The position numbers and the translations under genes are program-made. A stretch of 24,000 nucleotides of DNA from an uncultured Clostridia bacterium (lineage in GTDB: Bacteria > Bacillota > Clostridia > Christensenellales > UBA1242), in assembly GCA_934778205.1 (NCBI GenBank), contig CAKVOD010000004.1:40219-64218 (forward strand). Reading direction: 5' to 3'. The stretch's first letter is position 1, and every line of letters begins with the position of its first letter. Below the pieces are notes generated by a model, which did no database searches, had not been told where the DNA came from, and saw only the letters and a list, made by a program, of their open reading frames with translations. Below are positions 16,954-24,000 of the stretch, piece after piece.

Positions 16954-19272
16954 TTATTTCAGTCCGTGCTTAACCCTGTCGTGTTCCTCAGCGCGCTTTG
17001 CGTTATTGAAGCGGTCAAGTGTTCCAACAAGATACCCTGTAATGCGTCTTATTCTTTCAAACTTGACGCCGTTGTCGCCGTCGTGACGCCCACATTTTGG
17101 ACAAGTTGCACCAATTATTCCCGTATAGCCACAAACAGGGTCGCGATCGACTGGGTGATTGATTGAACCATAGCCTATGCCACACTCTTTCATATGTTTG
17201 ATAACTTTCATAAACGCGTCAACATTGTTTGTTGTGTCACCGTCAAGTTCGACATATGTGATGTGTCCCGCATTTGTCAAGTTATGATAAGGGGCTTCAA
17301 TTTCAATCTTCTTGAACGCTGAAATCGGATAGTATACAGGTACGTGGAATGAGTTTGTGTAGTATTCTCTATCAGTAACCCCTTTTATGATTCCATACTT
17401 TTTCTTGTCAATATTCACAAATCTGCCCGACAAACTTTCGGCAGGCGTTGCAAGTAATGTGAAATTGAGTTTGTATTTTTCGCTCATTTTATCCGTGAAA
17501 TTGCGCATATATCCGACAATTTCAAGCCCTAATTTTTGTGCTTCCTCACTTTCGCCGTGATGTTTACCAATCAATGCAACAAGTGTTTCGGCAAGCCCGA
17601 TAAACCCGATTGACAATGTTCCGTGCTTCAAAATCTCTGCCACGCTGTCATTTGGCGACAATTTGTCACTGCCAATCCACACGCCTTGCCCCATAAGGAA
17701 CGGATAGTTTTTGACGTGCTTTTGACACTGAATTGCAAAACGATCAAGCAATTGTTGCGCGACAAGTTCTAGTTTGCCTTGCAAAAGTTGATAAAATTTA
17801 TCAATATCTCCGTGCGCTTGAATGCCGATGCGTGGTAAGTTGATTGAAGTAAAACTCAAATTCCCGCGACCAAATGTAATCTCATTGTTTTTGTCGTAAA
17901 CATTGCCCATAACGCGTGTGCGACAACCCATATACGCGACTTCAGTTTCTGGATGCCCTGCTTTGTAGTACTTCAAATTGAATGGCGCATCAATGAATGA
18001 AAAGTTTGGAAACAAACGTTTTGCACTAACACGGCACGCAAGTTCAAACAAATCATAGTTAGGGTCGCCCTCTTTATAGTTAATTCCGTCTTTTATTCTA
18101 AAAATACTAATTGGGAAAATCGGCGTTTCGCCTTGTCCTAACCCTTTTTCAACGCTCAAAAGTAAATTTTTGGTAACCATTCGCCCTTCAAGTGAAGTGT
18201 CAAGTCCTAAGTTGATTGATGAAAACGGCACTTGCGCTCCTGCACGACTGTGCATAGTGTTTAAATTATGCACGAGCGCTTCCATTGCTTGAAATGTCTC
18301 CTCATCGGTTTCTTTTTCCGCGTGTTCTTCAGCAAATGCGCTCATCTTCATAAACTCGTCATCGGTCAATTCCTTGAACTCATCTCTTAGCGCTGAAATG
18401 AATGCGATATCCTTTTTGAGCGCTGGCTTCAAGCCAAAATTTGCCTCTACATTTGCAAATCTATTTTTGATTTCAGCAACATCAATTGCGCCTTTCAAAA
18501 GTTCGTAAGCGCTTGCAAAATTGTTAATAAAACTTCTTTTATAAGTTTTTGCAACGCCCTCCGCAAGTCCATAATCAAAGTTTGGAATGCTCTGCCCGCC
18601 GTGCTGGTCGTTTTGATTGGCTTGAATCGCTATGCACGCAAGCGCTGCATATGTTCTAATGCTGTTTGGCTCACGCAAAAAGCCGTGACCTGTGCCAAAA
18701 CCACCCGAAAACAACTTGCTGATGTCAATTTGACAACAAGTTTCAGTGAGTGTGTAAAAATCAAAGTCGTGAATATGTATGTCCCCGCTTTTATATGCCT
18801 CTGCTTGTTCGGGCGTTAGAACACTCTTTGTAAAGTAGTCCTTTGCACCCTCTGAGCCAAATTTCAGCATCATACCCATTGCCGTATTGCCGTCAATGTT
18901 AGCGTTATCACGCTTCAAGTCACTGCTGAGCGCATCTACGTTGTTGATTTCATCATAGATTTTCATCAAATTTGTGTTCATTTCACGAACACGATTGCGT
19001 TTTGCGCGGTACACAATGTATTCCTTTGCTATATCCGTGTAGCCATTTTCCATAAGTATGGACTCAACTGCATCTTGAATATCCTCGACCATTGGAACGC
19101 CGTCTTTAAACTTGATTAAAATCAAATCTTCCGCCTTTTTCGACAAATCTTTTGCCTCGCCAATCAAGTCGTTGCGCCCAATAGCGTTCATTGCCTTTAT
19201 GATGGCATTTTCTATCTTTGCGACATCGTATTCAACCAATCTACCATCTCGTTTCAGTATATTGACAATCAT
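16954..19272 (-). CDS. nrdD: Anaerobic ribonucleoside-triphosphate reductase (class III) with an N-terminal ATP-cone
   Basis: 772 aa. ATP-cone start MIVNILKRDGRLVEYDVAKIENAI, a C-terminal Zn ribbon CPKCG, and the glycyl-radical motif RRITGYLVG. RBS AAGGAAGGGAG lies upstream of the ATG at 19272. Confidence 0.95.
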   Translation of the reverse strand: MIVNILKRDGRLVEYDVAKIENAIIKAMNAIGRNDLIGEAKDLSKKAEDLILIKFKDGVPMVEDIQDAVESILMENGYTDIAKEYIVYRAKRNRVREMNTNLMKIYDEINNVDALSSDLKRDNANIDGNTAMGMMLKFGSEGAKDYFTKSVLTPEQAEAYKSGDIHIHDFDFYTLTETCCQIDISKLFSGGFGTGHGFLREPNSIRTYAALACIAIQANQNDQHGGQSIPNFDYGLAEGVAKTYKRSFINNFASAYELLKGAIDVAEIKNRFANVEANFGLKPALKKDIAFISALRDEFKELTDDEFMKMSAFAEEHAEKETDEETFQAMEALVHNLNTMHSRAGAQVPFSSINLGLDTSLEGRMVTKNLLLSVEKGLGQGETPIFPISIFRIKDGINYKEGDPNYDLFELACRVSAKRLFPNFSFIDAPFNLKYYKAGHPETEVAYMGCRTRVMGNVYDKNNEITFGRGNLSFTSINLPRIGIQAHGDIDKFYQLLQGKLELVAQQLLDRFAIQCQKHVKNYPFLMGQGVWIGSDKLSPNDSVAEILKHGTLSIGFIGLAETLVALIGKHHGESEEAQKLGLEIVGYMRNFTDKMSEKYKLNFTLLATPAESLSGRFVNIDKKKYGIIKGVTDREYYTNSFHVPVYYPISAFKKIEIEAPYHNLTNAGHITYVELDGDTTNNVDAFMKVIKHMKECGIGYGSINHPVDRDPVCGYTGIIGATCPKCGRHDGDNGVKFERIRRITGYLVGTLDRFNNAKRAEEHDRVKHGLK

Positions 19273-19300
19273 AGTATTCTCCCTTCCTTATTCACTCAAA

Positions 19301-19347
19301 ACACAATATATGGTATAGTACTAAACTTTTTTATCAACATATTGTGC
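19301..19347. promoter_or_regulatory. Two NrdR-box-like palindromes upstream of nrdD
   Basis: ACACAATATATGGTAT (19301-19316) matches the published NrdR consensus acaCwAtATaTwGtgt at 14/16 positions. TATCAACATATTGTGC (19332-19347) matches at 11/16. The starts are 31 bp apart (three helical turns). Confidence 0.5.
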
Positions 19348-19360
19348 TTTAACTCCAAAA

Positions 19361-19389
19361 AGTCTACCATATTCAAAATAGATAGTCAA
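19361..19389 (-). promoter_or_regulatory. Possible nrdDG promoter (TTGACT-17-TAGACT)
   Basis: Minus strand: TTGACT (19389-19384), 17 nt, TAGACT (19366-19361), immediately upstream of the NrdR-like boxes. Confidence 0.4.
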
Positions 19390-19756
19390 GCAAAAATAAC
19401 GCAGAATTTATAATTTATTAAAAACATTTTTTCCCCCGCCTTTTTTTGTGCGTCGTCCACAAAATTTGCAAAAAAATACAATGCCTTTACAAAATCGCTT
19501 GACAATTTTCGACAATAGTACTTTATCTAGTTTAATATTCTAAATAACGTATCAACTATAATCATTTCTTATTTGCTCACAAATATTTCAACATAAACGC
19601 TAATAGCATAGAAAAAACCTTATAAAAAAAGCTGAAAAATTATATTTTTCAACTTAAATTTCATTTACCTAAATTTATTTTGAGAATTAAATTTTGCCAA
19701 ATAAATTACACTGACAAACAATTATTTAAAAAATAGTAGATTTTTACCACAAACTA

Positions 19757-19765
19757 TGTTATAAT
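19757..19765 (+). promoter_or_regulatory. Extended -10 promoter (TGTTATAAT) for the tRNA gene
   Basis: TG-T-TATAAT at 19757-19765, 20 nt upstream of the mature tRNA 5' end. Confidence 0.5.
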
Positions 19766-19785
19766 ATACGAGTAACGAACAAAAA

Positions 19786-19862
19786 GTTCCAATAGCTCAG
19801 CTGGATAGAGCGTCCCCCTCCTAAGGGGAAGGTCAGGGGTTCAAATCCCTTTTGGAACACCA
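19786..19862 (+). tRNA. tRNA-Arg (anticodon CCU), CCA-encoded
   Basis: I folded it by hand. Acceptor GTTCCAA/TTGGAAC; D arm GCTC-AGCTGGATA-GAGC; anticodon arm TCCCC-CTCCTAA-GGGGA (anticodon CCT); variable loop AGGTC; T arm AGGGG-TTCAAAT-CCCTT; discriminator A plus CCA. Confidence 0.93.
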
Positions 19863-19876
19863 AATTGAATTGATTT

Positions 19877-19908
19877 AGTAGATATTTTTTTATATCTACT
19901 ATTTTTAT
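19877..19908 (+). terminator. Rho-independent terminator after the tRNA
   Basis: AGTAGATAT-TTTTTT-ATATCTACT followed by ATTTTTATTT. Confidence 0.65.
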
Positions 19909-20051
19909 TTAGAAGTTTAACATTTTTTTACAAAGGTTTCATTTTTTTTAAGTTTCATTAATTTAAAAAAATGTTTCACCTCAAATTACGCAAAAATTAA
20001 TGCTTAGAGTACCAGCATTCAAAAGTTCTACTGAAAGTAGAGTTTTGGGGG

Positions 20052-20080
20052 TTGACAAGTGAGAGTTTTGGATATATAAT
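20052..20080 (+). promoter_or_regulatory. Consensus sigma-A promoter for the HTH-ATPase-CYTH gene
   Basis: TTGACA (20052-20057), exactly 17 nt, TATAAT (20075-20080). About 65 nt of relatively GC-rich leader follows before the RBS GAGGTG. Confidence 0.7.
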
Positions 20081-20152
20081 AAGACTGCAAGGAAAGAGAG
20101 GCGGACGGAGCGGTAAGCGCGAGGCTCAAGGCTCACTTGCATGAGGTGAATT

Positions 20153-21475
20153 ATGAATGATTATGAATTTGGCAAAAAGATTTATGAATTAAGAAAAAGT
20201 GCTAACCTTTCTCAAAAAGAACTTGGCAAGGAGTTGGGCGTTTCGGACAAAGCCGTTTCTAAGTGGGAAAATGGCGAGGGCTATCCTTCTCCTTTCCAAC
20301 TGGTAAATATTTCCGAACTTTTTGACGTCAGCATTGACAGTTTGCTAAAACTAAAGTCAAGCAAAGACAAAGTCGTTCACAAAATTGTTTTAACAGGCGG
20401 TCCGTGCGCGGGCAAGTCGACGGCGCTTAGTTGGATACAGTCAGAGTTTACCAAACGCGGTTACTGCGTTTTGATTGTGCCTGAAACGGCTACTGAATTG
20501 ATACTCGCGGGGCTTGCGCCTCAGGCTTATGACTCAATGATTAGTTTTGAAAAGAATATTCTTTCCCTACAACTTGAAAAGGAAAAAATATTTGAAGATG
20601 CTGTCAAACATATGCCAAAATACAATAAATTTCTCATTGTTTGCGACAGAGGAACAATGGATTGCAAGGCGTATATGTCCGATTTGCAGTTCAAAAAATG
20701 CTTGAATACTTTGGGCACAAATGAAGTTTCGCTTCGCGATGATTACGATGCGGTGTTTCACCTAGTTTCAGCAGCAATTGGCGCTGAAGAACACTACAAT
20801 CTTGACAATGCGGCACGTCAAGAAACAAAAGAACAGGCAATCGAACAAGATAAAAAGACTCTCAATTCGTGGATTGGGCACCCTCACTTACGCGTGATTG
20901 ACAATTCGTCGGACTTCAAAGAAAAGATATTGCGCTTGCTCAAAGAAATCTCACTGTTTCTCGGCGAACCTGACCCTTATGAAATCGAACGCAAATTCTT
21001 GATTGAAATGCCAAATGTTGACAAACTAAATAAAATGGAAAACTGTTCCAAAGTTGACATTGTCCAAACATATTTAAAAGTTGGGCAAGATGAAGAAATG
21101 CGCGTGCGTCAACGCGGTCAAAATGGGCAATTTACATACACCAAAACCACCAAACGCAAAGTCAGTGACACAAAACGTATTGAAACTGAAACACGCATTA
21201 CTGCTGAAGAATACATAAATTCACTGCTTGAGTCAAATGGTAGCCACTATCAAATTACAAAAACAAGATACTGCTTGATGTATAAGAACCAATATTTTGA
21301 AATTGACATTTATCCATTTATGAAAGATAAAGCGATTATGGAAATTGAACTAAATGATGAAAACCAAAAAATTGATTTCCCTAGATTTATTAAGATTGTC
21401 GAAGAAGTCACAGGTAAAAAAGAGTTTAGCAACTGCGAACTCGCTCAAAAACAAACACTCCAACTTGAAAAGTAA
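20153..21475 (+). CDS. Fusion protein: XRE-type HTH + P-loop kinase-like ATPase (AAA_28/NadR-C-like) + CYTH (triphosphate tunnel) domain
   Basis: 440 aa. The HTH is IYELRKSANLSQKELGKELGVSDKAVSKWENGEGYPS. Walker A LTGGPCAGKST lies at 20396-20422, followed by ...VPETATE... and ...VCDRGTMDCKAY.... The CYTH ExExK signature YEIERKFLI lies at 20981-20995. Confidence 0.85.
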   Translation: MNDYEFGKKIYELRKSANLSQKELGKELGVSDKAVSKWENGEGYPSPFQLVNISELFDVSIDSLLKLKSSKDKVVHKIVLTGGPCAGKSTALSWIQSEFTKRGYCVLIVPETATELILAGLAPQAYDSMISFEKNILSLQLEKEKIFEDAVKHMPKYNKFLIVCDRGTMDCKAYMSDLQFKKCLNTLGTNEVSLRDDYDAVFHLVSAAIGAEEHYNLDNAARQETKEQAIEQDKKTLNSWIGHPHLRVIDNSSDFKEKILRLLKEISLFLGEPDPYEIERKFLIEMPNVDKLNKMENCSKVDIVQTYLKVGQDEEMRVRQRGQNGQFTYTKTTKRKVSDTKRIETETRITAEEYINSLLESNGSHYQITKTRYCLMYKNQYFEIDIYPFMKDKAIMEIELNDENQKIDFPRFIKIVEEVTGKKEFSNCELAQKQTLQLEK

Positions 21476-21490
21476 ATTAAAAATGCATTA

Positions 21491-21534
21491 AACAAAACTG
21501 CTAGCAACTCACAATCGGTGCTAGCAGTTTTGTT
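21491..21534. terminator. Bidirectional hairpin terminator between convergent genes
   Basis: A 16-bp perfect stem AACAAAACTGCTAGCA / TGCTAGCAGTTTTGTT with a 12-nt loop and T-rich stem ends on both strands. Confidence 0.7.
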
Positions 21535-21606
21535 TAAACATTGTATATATTGATATTTAATTTTAAAATTTTATCATTTTAGATTAACCACATTAATTAT
21601 CGTATA

Positions 21607-22371
21607 TTATAAATCAATTTCCATTTTTACTGGATAGTGGTCGCTGTACATTGCGTCGTGCAAAATCTCGCAGGTGCGGACTTTGTCAAGTAGGTTTTCT
21701 GTGACAAAAATATAGTCAAAGGTGTAAAGATTGCCAAAATTGTCGCTTGCACGCTTGCTAGCATACGAACTCCACGTATGCCTTTTTTTAGTTGGATGCA
21801 ATTCGCGAAATACATCAAACATCCCGATTGACAAAAATTTATCAAAAATTTCTCGCTCTTGTGGCAAAAAACCTGTTATGCTTGCACATTCTTCGGGATT
21901 CGACAAGTCAAGTTCAGTATGTGCAATGTTGAAATCGGTGCATAAAATCACATCTTTGCCATCTGCAATCAACATATCTAGTGCTTGAATCAAATCATCG
22001 ATAAACTGCATCTTGTATTCTAACCGCGTACCACCATTTGGCGTATATAAATTGATTAAAAAGAAATTCTCATATTCCAAAACCTGCAGACGCCCTTCGG
22101 TATCATAATTCAAATCAAACAGTTTGTTTTCATAAGAAATCGGTTTCACTTTTGCTAAAACCGCCGTTCCGCTATAACCTTTTCGTTCGCTTTCGTTGAT
22201 TACGAACTGATATTTTCCCTCTAATGGCGCAAGTTCTTCACAAATCTGTTGCGCCGTTGCGCGCGTTTCTTGCAAACAATAAAAATCGGCATTTGCACGA
22301 TTCAAAAAATCACAAACGCCTTTTTTATTTGCGCTACGTACACCATTTAGATTGTATGTCATAATACGCAT
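21607..22371 (-). CDS. xth: Exodeoxyribonuclease III / AP endonuclease (ExoIII family)
   Basis: MRIMTYNLNGVRS..., ...DFYCLQETR..., ...CTDFNIAHTELD..., ...SDHYPVKMEIDL. The start is set at the ATG at 22371, which is preceded by GAGGTG. The track start at 22395 has no RBS. Confidence 0.9.
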   Translation of the reverse strand: MRIMTYNLNGVRSANKKGVCDFLNRANADFYCLQETRATAQQICEELAPLEGKYQFVINESERKGYSGTAVLAKVKPISYENKLFDLNYDTEGRLQVLEYENFFLINLYTPNGGTRLEYKMQFIDDLIQALDMLIADGKDVILCTDFNIAHTELDLSNPEECASITGFLPQEREIFDKFLSIGMFDVFRELHPTKKRHTWSSYASKRASDNFGNLYTFDYIFVTENLLDKVRTCEILHDAMYSDHYPVKMEIDL

Positions 22372-22465
22372 ATTGCACCTCTTTAAGTTGTTCATTTATA
22401 ATGAAAATATCTTTTATTAATCGCTAGCGCTGTCAATGAAATTATTTACCCATATATTAATTGTT

Positions 22466-22529
22466 CCCCTTCCGGGAGATTTCTCCACTACAAAGGCTTT
22501 GACAAGCCTTTTTCGGTCGAAATGACAAA
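22466..22529 (-). repeat. Interspersed three-hairpin element, copy B (between dnaB and xth)
   Basis: The plus strand reads CCCCTTCCGGGAGATTTCTCC-ACTACA-AAGGCTTTGACAAGCCTT-TTTCGGTCGAAATGACAAA. The flanks are the same as copy A, but the middle hairpin has a different sequence. Confidence 0.6.
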
Positions 22530-22573
22530 TAGCCTATGTCCCTTACGACAACTCCAATATGCAAAGTACATCG

Positions 22574-22900
22574 TTCACACACACCAAACCTGCACCTGTG
22601 GTGTATGCCACCGAGAACTAAAACTAATTTGAAATGCAAAGCTGCGCCACACACACAAACAACTTGCACGTAGAAAAGTACCTGCAGCCGTGAGGCTTTC
22701 CCCACACGAAAGTAAGAGTATATAAAATATACGTAAGCGTGCCGGATTCAAAACTAAATTACTTGTAGGAATAGTACCTGCAGCCGTGAGGCTTTCCCCA
22801 CACGAAAGTAAGAGTATATAAAATATACGTAAGCGTGCCGGATTCAAAACTAAATTACTTGTAGGAATAGTACCTGCAGCCGTGCGCTATCGCACCCACC
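22574..22900 (-). repeat. Tandem array of a ~96-bp structured unit: one diverged copy, two identical copies, and a terminal partial copy abutting the dnaB stop
   Basis: GTACCTGCAGCCGTG recurs at 22678, 22774 and 22870 (period 96). Units 22678-22773 and 22774-22869 are identical base for base. 22574-22677 is a diverged relative. Confidence 0.85.
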
Positions 22901-22901
22901 C

Positions 22902-24000
22902 TTAGAAAATATCGGAAAGTGAAGGGTCAGTGATAGGAACAATCTCATCAGGCGCATTGCAATTTTCAATATCAAGTTCCGCGTCCTGATAATCATCAAG
23001 TGACATCGCACTAGAAGTCTCATTGGGATAGCCCGCCTCAGGTGGAATCTCCACTACCCCACTTGAAGGCGCACAAAAGTTCTCAGGCATAGACTTTTCA
23101 AGTTCCGCCATATCAGAGTCTTTATCCATATTGCGAAAACTTGCATTTTCGCCAACCCACTTCAGTTTGATAGTATCAAGCGCGCCGTTTCTGTGCTTTG
23201 CAACAATAAGTTCCGCCACGCTCTTTTCCGCCTCACTAACCTGCGTGTCGTTGTACATAAACGGCTTGTGCAAGAACATAACAATATCCGCGTCTTGCTC
23301 AATCGCACCACTTTCACGCAAATCGGACAAAATCGGGCGGTGGTCAGTACGTTTGTCAACCGCACGCGACAACTGCGAAAGCACTAGCACTGGGATATTC
23401 AGTTCGCGCGCCATAACCTTGAGTTTACGCGACATCTCACTGACTTCGTTTTGACGTCCATCTTTTGCGTTTCCAGTCGACATAAGTTGCAAGTAGTCAA
23501 TCATTACAAGGTCAAGTCCTTGTTCACGTTTCAATCTTCGACATTTCCCCAAAATATCCATAGGTGTATTAAGCGAGGAATCATCAATGAAAATATCGCT
23601 TTCTTGCAACAAGTTTTTTGATGCCCAAATCGCTTTCCACTCTCCCGAATTCATTTCGCCTTTTATTGCTTTTTCCATACTAACTTTTGCAAGTGAACAC
23701 AAACTTCTTTGCGCTAATTGCTCCTTGCCCATTTCAAGTGAGAAAACCGCGACTTTCTTTTTTTCAAGTGACGCCACGTGCTGAACAATGTTCATCGCAA
23801 ACGCCGTTTTACCAACACTTGGACGCGCCGCAAGCAAAATAAGGTCACTATTTTGTAGCCCGTTGGTCAATCTATCAAGCGCATAAAAACCTGTTTTGAT
23901 ACCCGAAAACGCCGATTTGTCGCGCGCAATTTTGTCGAATCTTTCGACAACTGCAGGCAAAACATCTTTTATGTGTGCAAGAGATGACGTGCTTTTTCTT
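22902..24000 (-). CDS. dnaB: Replicative DNA helicase DnaB, C-terminal RecA-like part (the N-terminus lies beyond the right edge), with an unusual 74-aa acidic tail
   Basis: Walker A ARPSVGKTAFAMN, Walker B LVMIDYLQLM, ...LSQLSR..., ...SDLRESGAIEQDADIVMFL..., ...AKHRNGA.... The frame stays open upstream of the track start to position 24000. Confidence 0.93.
   Translation of the reverse strand, partial: RKSTSSLAHIKDVLPAVVERFDKIARDKSAFSGIKTGFYALDRLTNGLQNSDLILLAARPSVGKTAFAMNIVQHVASLEKKKVAVFSLEMGKEQLAQRSLCSLAKVSMEKAIKGEMNSGEWKAIWASKNLLQESDIFIDDSSLNTPMDILGKCRRLKREQGLDLVMIDYLQLMSTGNAKDGRQNEVSEMSRKLKVMARELNIPVLVLSQLSRAVDKRTDHRPILSDLRESGAIEQDADIVMFLHKPFMYNDTQVSEAEKSVAELIVAKHRNGALDTIKLKWVGENASFRNMDKDSDMAELEKSMPENFCAPSSGVVEIPPEAGYPNETSSAMSLDDYQDAELDIENCNAPDEIVPITDPSLSDIF

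Noticed and set aside
19348-19785. A riboswitch or small RNA in the long gene-free spacer between nrdD and the tRNA. This includes an A/T-rich hairpin, TGAAAAAT-TAT-ATTTTTCA (19633-19651), followed by a T run on the minus strand.
   Set aside because: I recognised no conserved riboswitch core (for example, B12). The hairpin is almost pure A/T with only one G-C pair. The adjacent mini-ORF has an RBS spacing that is too short. The evidence is insufficient from sequence alone.
20087-20152. The G/C-rich 5' leader of the HTH-fusion gene as a known riboswitch.
   Set aside because: Only one 6-bp closing helix (TGCAAG/CTTGCA) is evident, and I recognised no conserved motif. It is mentioned under the promoter finding but not called as an RNA element.
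19786-21540. tRNA-Arg as the integration site of a mobile island carrying the HTH-ATPase-CYTH gene.
   Set aside because: I found no integrase and no direct repeat of the tRNA 3' end (TTCAAATCCCTTTTGGAACACCA) downstream of the gene. Gene composition is similar to the core. The idea remains possible but is not supported by the window.
22457-22847. Track ORFs 22457-22705 (82 aa) and 22575-22847 (90 aa) as protein-coding genes.
   Set aside because: Both are read straight through the tandem array and the three-hairpin element. The 90-aa product repeats NPARLRIFYILLLSCGESLTAAGT exactly because the DNA unit is duplicated. There is no RBS, and they overlap each other in different frames. I treat them as translation artefacts of non-coding repeats.
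22574-22900. CRISPR array interpretation of the periodic ~30-bp hairpin motif with ~60-bp intervening sequence.
   Set aside because: The 'spacers' of the two central units are identical to each other, so this is a whole-unit tandem duplication. The repeat stems themselves vary between copies. No cas genes are in the window.

Overview
Low-GC chromosomal segment that looks Firmicutes/Clostridia-like (CotF spore-coat genes, NrdDG, a GLUG / Listeria-Bacteroides-repeat surface protein). It is transcribed almost entirely on the minus strand. All homology calls were made by eye from motifs in the supplied translations; no database search was run.

Gene content, left to right:
- 1-3170: a visibly more AT-rich island with a tight three-gene operon: D12-class N6-adenine DNA methyltransferase, then a DUF262 (ParB/Srx-like) protein, then a P-loop ATPase that is cut by the window edge.
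- 3691-7609: housekeeping genes: tatD, a stand-alone MetRS-C/CsaA-like tRNA-binding domain, two CotF-like genes, a small hypothetical protein, eno, and a small membrane protein.
- 7722-16149: two very large signal-anchored surface proteins flanking a CNNM/CorC transporter. One is 855 aa with GLUG repeats. The other is 1195 aa with five copies of an unrecognised ~175-aa domain plus a C-terminal SGNH esterase.
- 16424-24000: nrdG, nrdD with NrdR-box-like sites, tRNA-Arg(CCU), a plus-strand HTH + P-loop kinase-like + CYTH fusion gene, xth, and the 3' part of dnaB.

Most interesting signals:
1. Both surface-protein genes carry a homologous promoter/leader cassette (TTGATA-17-TGnTAAAnT, an RBS, ATG, about 9 codons, then exactly 13 G). 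This is a twin slipped-strand phase-variation design, and both genes read OFF in this sequence.
2. The methyltransferase-DUF262-ATPase module is a candidate non-canonical R-M-like defence system.
3. Two families of structured interspersed elements show compensatory stem changes. One sits directly after the nrdG and dnaB stop codons and is amplified into a perfect 96-bp tandem array.
4. The HTH-P-loop-CYTH fusion protein.
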